DNA from: Cetorhinus maximus
Taxonomy: Eukaryota
Assembly: GCF_964194155.1 (NCBI RefSeq)
Contig: NC_135895.1
Location: 9,424,001 to 9,488,000, forward strand
Reading direction: 5' to 3'
Length of the DNA stretch: 64,000 nt
Made by a program: the position numbers and the translations under genes. This document shows, in pieces, positions 1 to 9,644 of the stretch; within the stretch, counting starts at the first letter, position 1; every line of letters starts with the position of its first letter. The notes under the pieces were generated by a model. The model saw only the letters and a program-made list of their open reading frames with translations. It was not told the DNA's origin and made no database searches.

Positions 1-125
1 TAAACGTCTTCTGCACTCTCTCCAATGACTTCACGTTCTTCCTATAGTGTGGTGCCCAGAACTGTACACAATTCTCCAGCTGAGGTCTAACTAATGTCAT
101 ATATAAATTCATCATTACCTCCCTC
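1..125 (-). mobile_element. CR1-A LINE ORF2 fragment
   Basis: Minus strand reads [28 protein letters not shown], the CR1 ORF2 C-terminal motif seen in other copies here. Confidence 0.85.
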
Positions 126-276
126 TAATTGAATGACTAGAACAGACCAGAGGGGCTGACTGGCCTCCTCCTATTCCCTTGTTCCCAACTCAGCACACTT
201 GTTTGTAAAATCATTCAGCAATAGCGAGATTAAGGACAGAGCTGTAGCATTTTGTAGGAAAGTGAGAGAGAGCGTT

Positions 277-352
277 TACACACACACGCGCGTGCACACA
301 CATGCACGCACGCACACGCACACACTCTACACACACGCACAAGCGCACACAC
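277..352. repeat. Degenerate (CA)n/(CACG)n microsatellite
   Basis: acacacacacgcgcgtgcacacacatgcacgcacgcacac... Confidence 0.9.
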
Positions 353-741
353 ATGGAAAGTGGATTTAACATGTCTAAAAATACCTGCACAAGAGAGTGA
401 ATAGTTTTTCTTTTAACCATTTCTGATTATTGATCATTGTAACTGCGTATGTTATCACTGAGGCAGCGATGGACCTTCTCTGCTATTGAGGCATTGATCA
501 CTGGATATAGCCCAGACAGCAAGGAGCATATGGTATTTTTAAAAAGTCCTTGATAAGTCTGCATGACAGAGTTAATAGACTGATCAACCAGCTTTATAGC
601 TGATGCGCTGTTAACACTGCAGGGATCCTTCATTCAAGACTGGGCAGCAGCCAAGATGAAGATAGAAGGCTCATGCTCCAATCAGAGCAGTGTTTTCCAC
701 AGACATTACAGCAAGGAACAAGCCATTTGACCCAACTGATG

Positions 742-1135
742 GAGACGCAATGGCATAGTGGGAATGTCACTGCACTAAGAACCCAGAGGCCCAGGCTAAT
801 ACTCTGGAGACATGGGTTCAATTCTGACCACGGCGGCTGGCGGAATTTAAATTCAATTCATAAATCTGGAATGAAAGCTAGTGGTCTCAGTAATGGTGAC
901 CATGAAATTCTCATCAGTTGTTGTAAAAACACATCTGCTGCACTAAAGTCCCTTTAGGGAAGGAAATCTGCCACCCTTACCTGTTCTGGCTACATGTGAC
1001 TCCAGACCCACAGCAATGTGGTTGACTCTTAACTGCCCTCTGAAATAACCTACCAAGCCAGTGAATTCAAGGGCAATTAAGGGTGAGGCAATAAATACTG
1101 GTCTTGCCAGTGATGCTCGCATCCCATGAAAGAAG
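742..1135 (+). mobile_element. SINE-B: tRNA-headed non-autonomous element sharing 5' and 3' parts with LINE-B
   Basis: A-box-like tggcatagtgg, B-box-like gggttcaattc, body ggaaggaaatctgcc...gactccagacccacagcaatgtggttgactct, tail caagggcaatta...caataaat...catcccatgaa. Confidence 0.85.
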
Positions 1136-1621
1136 GGGAAAAAAAAGCTCCATGCCAGTGTTTGTGCTACACACTAGCTAGCTGTGGGCTGTAATGTGCT
1201 TTGGAACTTGTTAAAAGGTGTTGAAAAAATGCAAGTTCTTTCTTTCTTTTCACCTGATAGCTGCTATATAAAGGAACTTAGGAATACACAAAACCAGGAA
1301 AGAATCATCAAGGTCCCTCTCATACTTAAGTGCGTTTTGTGAGAGACTGGAACTAAATCTTTCCAAAGAAGGTAACAGTAATGAGATTCAAAATGCTGTA
1401 ACACATTAATCGTTAACTTGTGCTGCCATTATCAAGGTCAAGTTGCCCTGGTTTGTTAGAATTTGAAATTAATTTATACCAAAATAGGCATTGTTAGTGG
1501 GGACAATGGGAGGCCACGTGGTTTGACACATGACCTGTTCGATACGACCCTGAACTCCATCGGAGTGGCACTATGACTGGCCTCAGCTCCCATAAACGCA
1601 GGACAAGGGAAAAGCAAAAAC

Positions 1622-2610
1622 TAATTATTTACAAAAATATATTAATGACTTAGAGGAGGGAAAGTGAATGTCACCAAGTTTGTGGGTGACGCACAAATAG
1701 GTGAGAGGGCAAATGGTGAGGGTGACACAAAGAGTCTACAGAGGGATATAGACAGATTAAGTGAGCGGGCAAAAACTTGGCAGATGGGATATAATGTGGG
1801 AAAATGTGAGGTTCTACAATTTGGCAGGAAGAATAGAGGAGCTGAATATTATTTAAATGGAGAAAGACTGCAGAAAGCTGCAACACAGAGGGATTTGGGG
1901 GTCCTCATGCATGAATCCCATAAAAGCTCACATACAACTTCAACAGGTAATAGGAAAGGCAAATGGAACATTGGCCTTTATTCCAAAGGGAATGAAGTAT
2001 AAAAATAGGGAAGTCTTGCTAAAACTATACAAGGCACTAGTTAGACCACACCTAGAATACTGTGAACAGTTTTGGTTCCATAATCTAAGGAAAGATATAC
2101 TGGCATTGGAGGCAGTCCAGAGAAGGTTCACTAGGTTGATCCCGATTATGGAGGGATTTTATTATGAGGAGAGGTTGAGTGGGTTGGGCCTGTACTCATT
2201 GGAGTTTAGAAGAATGAGAGGCGACCTTATTGAAACATATAAGATTCTTAGGGGGCTTGACAGGGTAGATGCTGAGAGGTTGCTTTCCCTTGTGGGAGAG
2301 TCTAGGACCAGAGGGCATAATCTCACAGTAAGGGGTCACCCCTTACAGACAGAGATGAGGAGGAATTTCTTCTCTCAGAGGGTAGTCAATCTGTGGAATT
2401 CTTTACCGCAGAGGGCTGTAGAGGTGAGATCATTAAGTATATTCAAGGCTGTGATAGACAGATTTTTAATCAGTAAGGGAATCAAAGGTTATGGGGAAAA
2501 GGCAGGAAAATGGAGTTGAGGATTATCAGATCAGCCATGATCTCACTGAATGGTGGGGCAGACTCGATGGGCCGAACAGCCTATTTCTGTTCCTATGTCT
2601 TACGGTCTAA
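1622..2610 (+). mobile_element. CR1-A LINE 3' fragment (end of RT, ORF2 C-terminus, 3' UTR), frameshifted
   Basis: ORFs 1664..2002 and 1857..2519: [53 protein letters not shown]; typical 3' tail gatcagccatgatc...cctatgtcttac. Confidence 0.95.
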
Positions 2611-3712
2611 AACTGACCAGCATTCCGGCTCTTGACTGCTGTCTGGTGACCTCGACTGGGCATTGCACAAGTGTGCACATTGGTTAAGGGCAGGGTCGGC
2701 TTTGACTCTCCTCGGACTGCCCCTATATTTACAGCCTAGGTGTATGCGCACACAACCACTTTGAACAAAGTAGGTAATAAGGTACTAGCCGAGTTATAAT
2801 ACATGGAGTAGATGTCAACCAGAGAGAAGGCTTCCACTTATGAACAAAAGCCTTGGACCAATGTTCAGGTTAAAAAGGAAACAATTAATTTTAAACTCAA
2901 CGGATCTTGACTGTGGATTTACAATCCCATGGCCACTTAGTGACTGTTGCAAATTATCATCAACAAACCCACAGGTTAACTGCACCGCCCCAAGGCTTCG
3001 AATCTGAATAAAAAGGCCCTTTCGGCCTTCTCGATAAGCAAATGGTGGCCGGAAGGGAGCTCAAAGCCTCTTCTCTATGGTAGCTGTTTTTCAAGCCCCC
3101 TCAGTGCAGGCCGCGCTGTCAAATGCTTTATCACCGGCTGGCAATTGGGTCAGCGAACAGATTAGGATGTTTACATCAGGCACTCATTTGAGAGATAAAT
3201 CTTTTAAACCGCTGAAAGGACCAGGAGTCAGTCGGGACGTGAACGTCTGCCAGGCTAGAGCAAGGGAAATTAAATAAATAGGGAGGGAAATGAAATGCCC
3301 AAAAGTGAAATCAAACAATGCAATTTAATGATGTCCTTGACGTGGTGAGCGGCTCTGTGTAACTTATCAGTTTGTTAGTAAAGGGCAAGCTGCGGTAGAG
3401 TTGACAGCATCCTCCGCAAATGATCCGGCATCACAAGGCAGCACCTGTCATTCCTGAGGAGGGCCACATTTGGAACAATTAGATCATTGTTTCAGTCTGA
3501 CTGTGTAAGCACCAAGCTGCCTTGTCTAATGCCCTGCTCCTACTCCGGCTGTGTGTTGACAGAGGAAGGAAGCATACACTTGGCTTTCAGGGTCTGAATG
3601 ACAACTATCAGCCCCGTGAGTAAGCAAAAGCAGGCTTCTCTTTGTTTCCCCAACCGACTCCCCCACCCTCCACCCCACCCCCAATCTCCCGACATGAATG
3701 CATATGGTTACC

Positions 3713-4178
3713 GTGGCGCAAGCGTCAACTGTGGCTCTTGTCTTTCAGACCAAAGGATGTAGATTCAAGTCCCTCAGCCCCCAAGAGACTTAAACACAAA
3801 AACCTCATACTGCAGTGGGAGTGTTAGCCTAAAGGTGCACTGTCCACAAGGTGCATAGCAGTTTGCCATTGCACTTATGGGTGTGATATTAAACCATGGC
3901 TAGCTTTCTCCGGCATATGTAAAAGCTCCCTTTTTAAAGAAGGGTAGGGGGGCTCCCCTTGGCATTCTAGCAGATGTTTATCCAACAACCAAGCCACTTA
4001 AAAGATTACCAGGACATTATATCACATTGCTGTTTGTGGGAGCTTGCTCTGTGCAAATTGGCTTCCATGTTTCTGACATTACAACAGTGACTACATTTCA
4101 CAAATACTTCATTGGCTGTAAAGCACTTGGGGATGTCCTGAGATTGTGAAAGGCGTGATATAAATGCAAATCTTTCTC
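3713..4178 (+). mobile_element. Deu-domain tRNA-SINE (SacSINE1-like)
   Basis: tRNA-like head, Deu-like core and L2-type tail (cacattgctgtttgtgggagcttgc...gtgaaaggcg..ataaatgcaa) shared with several copies in the window; family name from recall. Confidence 0.75.
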
Positions 4179-4234
4179 TAACCAGGAGCCCTTGTCCAAA
4201 TGACCATTTTTCAAGGTTTAGGCTCAAATAGCAC

Positions 4235-4347
4235 CTGCGGAATTTGACGGGGCCGGGGTTGGAAAATGCAGCGATCCATTCAAAAGTCCACTGACTTCGG
4301 CGGGACTGGAAAATCCCACCGGTGGGAGGGGCTGTAAAATTCCGCCC
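4235..4347. mobile_element. Short (~115-130 bp) MITE with Harbinger-like termini
   Basis: gcggaattt...aaaattccgccc inverted termini; homologous in opposite orientation to 47261-47390 and 40816-40910. Confidence 0.7.
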
Positions 4348-4409
4348 TATGGTGTTGGCAGGTTATTCAACTACGGGGGGCATCTCCGTTAAACTCATCG
4401 TCCAATATC

Positions 4410-4605
4410 CACACCGTTACTTCGCTGGGGCTGGGTCAAAATCCTGGACCCTCCATCCCTAACAGCACTGTGGGTGTACCCACACCACATGGGCTGCAGC
4501 AGTTCAAGAAGGCGCCTCACCACAACTTTCTCAAGGGGCAATTAGGGGCGGGCAATAAACGCTGGCCTAGCCAGCGACGCCCACATCCCACGAATGAATA
4601 AATAA
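4410..4605 (+). mobile_element. LINE-B 3' end
   Basis: gggtcaaaatcctgg...ttcaagaaggc...caaggggcaattagg...caataaa...cccacatcccacgaatgaata. Confidence 0.85.
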
Positions 4606-4689
4606 AACCACGCGGACTGCAACGGCATCTGGAGCACTCCATTCACCTTTGGGATTCGGTAGAATGACACTGGGGCTAAGAGAGTTAAA

Positions 4690-5912
4690 TCCTGCAGGCA
4701 GGATGCCTTAACTTAAGGCTTGTGTCCCTTCGAGATTAGAAGATTAATGAGTGAATGAATCGAGATGCTTAAAATGTTAAAACAATCTGATAGGGTAGTG
4801 AAAAACTATACCCTCTAGTGGGGGATTCAAGAACAAGAGGGGTGTAATCTTAAAACTGGAGCGAGGTTGTTAAGGAGTGAAATCAGGAACCACTTTCGCT
4901 CACGCAAAGAGTCGTGATAAGTTGGAACTCTCAGCCTCAAAACGTTGTGGAGGTTGGAGCAATTGAAGTTATTAAGGCTGGAACCTTCCGCTCTCGCCGG
5001 CGGTGAGCCTAGAGGCAGGAAGGGCATCTACTGAGGTGGGATGGGGGCTGAGCGGAACCCACTGCCTTCCCGCCCCCGCCAGAATTGAGCTCTGGTTGAC
5101 ATGGCCAACCAGCTCCGCCGCCTATTGAGGCCCTCCAGCGGACAGCTAATGACCACTTAGGGGCTTCAACCCCCCCGCCACTGGTACTAACCCAGCTGTA
5201 GGCGGGGCCTGTCACCATGCGGTGCGCGTGACAGGTAAAGCGATACAGCTTGTCACCTCTGCAGCAGGGCCCCTCGGTCAAAGGCACCCAGTGCCTGATT
5301 GAGGAACTGGACATCAGGAAGTGAGGAGCTCACCGAGAGTCCTTGTCCACTGATCTCCATGCACCCTTCTGCCCGCAACCTTCCCCCCCCCCACCGACCC
5401 CCACCCCACAAAATCCCCCCATCCCTCCTCCCACATTACTTACCTGCGGCTTCGGCTGCTCCGCGACTCTGGGACTCTGATGCCTGTCCTCCAGGCAGCA
5501 ACCACGGCCTACCTAGTGCCGCTGCTGAGCACGAGAGCTGCCGGCCTCTGGTTGGTCAGCAGCTGCTTGGTAGGTGAGACTTCCCCCACCCCCCCACCCC
5601 GGGGTCTTGATTCCAGGGGGAGGCCCATCACTGACTTTGCCACGGGCCTGATTGGCTTGTGGTTCGGAGGGCCTTCCTGAAAGAGCGCAGCGTGGGCCTC
5701 TCATTGGCTCCCCAGCCGGCCTGTCAGACATCCAACGCCTCACCAAGATTCCGCCCGAAACGTGAGATCGATAGATTTTGGGACAAAGCTGTCAACGGAT
5801 ATGGAGCTAAGGTGGGAAAATGGAGTTGAGGTGCAGATCAGCCATGAGTTCATTAATGATTAACGGAGCCAGTATGAGGGGCTGAATGGCCTCTTCCTGT
5901 TTCTACGTTCCA
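4690..5912 (+). mobile_element. CR1-A 3' fragment split by the MITE at 4975-5756
   Basis: CR1 homology (attagaaag...gtgaaatcaggaaccac) stops at ~4974 and resumes at ~5757 (gagatcgatagatttt...gaatggcctcttcctgtt). Confidence 0.8.
4975..5756. mobile_element. GC-rich Harbinger-like MITE
   Basis: Imperfect TIRs aggctggaacctt / aagattccgccc; interrupts a CR1 copy. Confidence 0.7.
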
Positions 5913-6084
5913 ATAGCAAAAGGGCGGAGGTAACCTTGGCTGGTGTTTCCCCACCATATCACAGGGGCACTGAGGTCAATCGCCACCCTAGCTGTGACTA
6001 ACTCAGGATGGACAGGAACTGAACTGGAATCCTGCTGTCCATCACGATACCCTTACTAAATGAACACTGCTACTGCGGACTCAT

Positions 6085-7625
6085 TGAACCATGGAAATTT
6101 ACAGCATGGAAGGAGGCCATTAGGCCCATCATGTCCGTGCTGACTGACAAGTAGCCATCCAGCATGAACCCACTTTCCAGCTCTTGGTCCGCAGCCGTAC
6201 ACTTTACGTCACTACAAAGGTGTATCCAAGTACTTCTTCAATGTTATGAGGGTTTCTGCCCCCACCACCCATTCAGGCACTGAGTTCCAGATCTCCACCA
6301 CCCCCAGTGAAAAAGTTTCCCCTCGAATCCCCTAGAAACCTCTGACATCTTCCTTTAATCCATGCCCCATGGGTTATAGATCCTTCAACCAATGGGAATA
6401 GGACTTTCCTATCCACTCTATCTAGGCCCCTCATCATTTTAAACACTTCAACTAAGGGCTAAGTTTTACGTTCGCCGGACGGGCACACGCCTGGACCCGA
6501 TCGGGTGTAAAATAGCGCGCGATATTTTGCTCGGTGGGCGCGCGCAGGAGAGTCGGCAGTGCGCCCACCAACAATTAAAAGGCCTATTAAAGCCCTTAAG
6601 GAATTAATTTATTTGTATTTTTTGCTGCCTGTTCAAGCGTTCGGTTGGCGGGCGGGTGAATAGGCCGGGCGGCCTTTGCATTTTTAACGAAACCTCATCC
6701 ACGGGCGGGATGAGGTTTCCAACTGTAAATAACAATCCATTAAGTATTTTTCACCATCATTTTAAGTATGCCCCTCTTCGTGTGACTGAGTCACACGTGG
6801 GGACATGTTTATATCATCTTTAAAATCTTTATTTTCGCTTTCACGTTTCTTCAGCCCCTGAGGCAGCTCTGAGCCCTCCGGGAGCTTACGGCGCACGCTC
6901 CCCTGGGTGTGTGTGTGCAGACTTCCACGCTCACCCTCCTCCCGCCCCCCGCCCCCGACCCCGGCAGCGCTGAGTGTTTCAGCAGCGCCTTTCACACACG
7001 GGCTGGCCGTTAATTAGCCAGCCAGCGTGAATTCGCAGCCGAGGCCCGATCGCGGGCGGCGGGGCTTTTCCCGGCCGCGCCCGGCGACATCAAAACTCAG
7101 CCCTAAGTCACTCAGCCTCCTCTGATCCCAAGAAAACAACCCTAACCTATCCAAACTCTCGTCATAACTAAAATTCTCCAGTCCAGGCAACAACCTCGTA
7201 CATCTCCTTTGAGTTCGATCACACCTTTCCGATAACACGGTGACAGAGCAGACGGTACTCTGGCTGTGGCCTAACTAGTGTCTTATACAGTTCCAGTTAA
7301 CCTCCCAGCTCTTATATTCTAAGCCTTGACTATAAGGCAAGTATCCCAGATGCCTTCCTGAGCATCTTATCTACCCGCCCAGCCATCTTCAGGGGCCTGT
7401 GAACACGCACTCCAAGGTCCTGCTATTCCCCTACACTTCTCAGTATCCTACCAGTTATTCCGTATTTCCTTGCCTTATCAGCATCCCCCAATGCAATTAC
7501 CTCACACTTTTGACTGAACTCCATTTTCCACTGTTCCACCCATACGGCTAACCCATTGATATCTCCCTGCAGACCGCAGCTTTTCTTCTTCAGTATCAAC
7601 CACGCGGCCAATTTTTCTATCATCT
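6085..7625 (-). mobile_element. CR1-A 3' fragment interrupted by MITE 6456-7103
   Basis: Minus ORFs QRRCTRLLPGLENFSYDESLDRLGLFS, FILADDRKIGRVV, LQGDINGL; homology is collinear across the MITE. Confidence 0.9.
6456..7103. mobile_element. PIF/Harbinger-like MITE (~650 bp) with TAA target-site duplication
   Basis: TIRs gggctaagtttt / aaaactcagccc; TAA at 6453-6455 and 7104-7106; internal hairpin gaaacctcatcc...ggatgaggtttc. Confidence 0.88.
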
Positions 7626-7654
7626 GCGAGAATGAAGACGCGTCTTTCATTGCA

Positions 7655-7785
7655 GGCCTGGCCATTTTTTTTCTTGGAAAAGGAATAACTTGCAGGGCAA
7701 CGGAGAAAGAGTGGGACTTCTTTCAAAGAGCCAGCACAGGCACAATGGAGTAAATGGCCTCCTTTTTGTGCTGTAAGGCTCTTCG
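7655..7785 (+). mobile_element. CR1 3' tail fragment
   Basis: tttcaaagagccagcacaggcacaatgg...aatggcctcct...tgtgctgtaa. Confidence 0.7.
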
Positions 7786-7789
7786 ATTG

Positions 7790-8150
7790 CCAGCGGTGCC
7801 TGGTAACACTCCCGCCTCTGAGTCAGGTGGTCGTGGGTTTGAGTCAAAATCCACAGACTTGAAGCACAAAAATCCAGGCTCACACTCCAGTGCCAGGCCG
7901 AGGGAAACGTCGGAATGCCAGCTGTAAATCTGCTTTCTCAGGCGAATGCTAAAGATCCCTGGCACTGTTTCAAAGAAGAGCAGGGGAGGTATTCTGGGTG
8001 TCCTGGCCAACACTTCCTCCTCAATATTATTGCACTGTGGGGGCTTGCTGTGCGCAAATTGGCTGCCGGTGGCTACTCTTCAAAGTGGTTCGTCGGGGGT
8101 AAAACGCTTTGGGACGTCATGTGGCTGGGAAAGGTGCTACAGTAATGCAC
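7790..8150 (+). mobile_element. SacSINE1-like Deu-SINE
   Basis: Head ggtaacactcccgcctctgagtcag...gggtttgagtc; Deu core aaagatccctggcactgtttcaaagaagagcagggg...gtgtcctggccaa; L2-type tail. Confidence 0.8.
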
Positions 8151-9084
8151 CTTTTACCAGAGAGCTTTAACTTGCTTTGCTGCAAAGGAGCTGATACTAC
8201 AGAGGCTTGTCCGGCTTGCAGCTACCAATGAAAAAGTCAGGACATGTGCGAGGTGAGTAATTTAACACCAGCCGCCTGAACTGATTTTTCTCTCTCTGTG
8301 TTGCCCTCCCCCACCAGCTCCTTTGAGGAATTCATTCAGCTCGACTCATCCTGAATCAAAATGAGTGTGACCAAGCGGGAACAGGAATTAACCTTTGACG
8401 CCAGACTCTGAAGTATTCTTGCCCTCAATTGCTAAAAATACAAATTTAATTAACTTATTGCAACTAATTTCTGTCAGGGTTATTGTTAAAGGTCGCGGCA
8501 GGGTGAAAGGCAGCTTTAAACAACGAAACCCTGATTACCTTGCCTATACTGAATGACTAACTCCGACAGGAATCATTGCCGTGTGGGATCACTCTTCGGG
8601 GCTGGGGTGACATTCCTTTTTAATTAATATCTGCAGCACCATTACCTCCGCACCATTGGGACTTATGTTGCAAAGCAGCGACCCCCACCACTCACCCACC
8701 CACCCACGCCCACCACAGCAACACCCTCCCCCTCCCCCGGCATTACTCTTTACTCCCTTCTTCATTTTATTTCTTTTCTTTTGACCTTTGACAGTAAGGT
8801 GTCTAAAGCTGGTGCCTCAAGAGTGGCGGAACCTGCGCTAGATGCCAAACTGTATGGCGTTAAAGTCCCACCAATGGTTTCATTGGTCAACCATCATAAA
8901 GCTAGTGAGACATCCAGAGAATCAGCCCACGGGGGCAATGAGAGACATCGGGAAGCCCAAGTAACTCCTGTCCCATTACTGTATACGTGAATGGCTGTAT
9001 AGATAGACAGATAGGCCAATAAATAGGGATACATAGATAAAAAGAGATACAATTTTAAATAATACACAGACAGATATGTCGCTA

Positions 9085-9620
9085 AAATCACAGAAACATA
9101 GAAGCAAGAGTAGGCTATTCGGCCCCTCATGTCTGTTCTGCCATTCAATTGGACCGTGGCTGACGTAGAAGTAGGCAAAGTAGACGTGGAGCGGATGTTT
9201 CCCCTTGTGGGGCATTCTAGAACGAGAGGCTATAGTTTTAGGCTAAGGGGTGGTAGATTTAAATCAGAGATGAGGAGGAATCACTTTTCTCAAGGGGTCG
9301 TGAATCTGTGGAATTCACTACCTCAGAGTGCAGTGGATGCCGGGACGCTGAATAAACTTAAGGAGGAGATAGACAGATTTTTAATTAGTAACGGGTTGAA
9401 AGGTTATGGGGAGGGGGCAGGAAATTGGAGTTGAGGCCGAAATGAGATCAGTCATGATCGTATTGATTGGCGGGGCAGGCTCGAGGGGCTGAATTGCCTA
9501 CTCCTGCTCCTAGTTCTTATGTATCTTCTACCTCAATGCCATGTTCTCATACTATCCTCATATCCCTTGGTGTCATTGGTATCTAGAAATCTATCGACCA
9601 CTGCTTTGAGCATACTCAAT
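9085..9620. mobile_element. Nested CR1-A 3' ends: plus-strand copy (~9166-9522) inside a minus-strand copy
   Basis: ORF 9129..9434 MFPLVGHSRTRGYS...RRNHFSQGVVNLWNSLP; the minus-strand tail stops at ...gtggctga and resumes at atcttctacctcaa. Confidence 0.85.
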
Positions 9621-9644
9621 ATCTAAGCGTCAACAGCCCTCTGG

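Noticed and set aside
1857-2519. 220-aa ORF as a host gene
   Set aside because: It is the CR1 ORF2 C-terminus, frameshifted from the upstream part and repeated many times in the window.
4975-5756. CpG-island promoter with overlapping ORFs
   Set aside because: It is bounded by TIRs and interrupts a CR1; the ORFs reflect high GC content.
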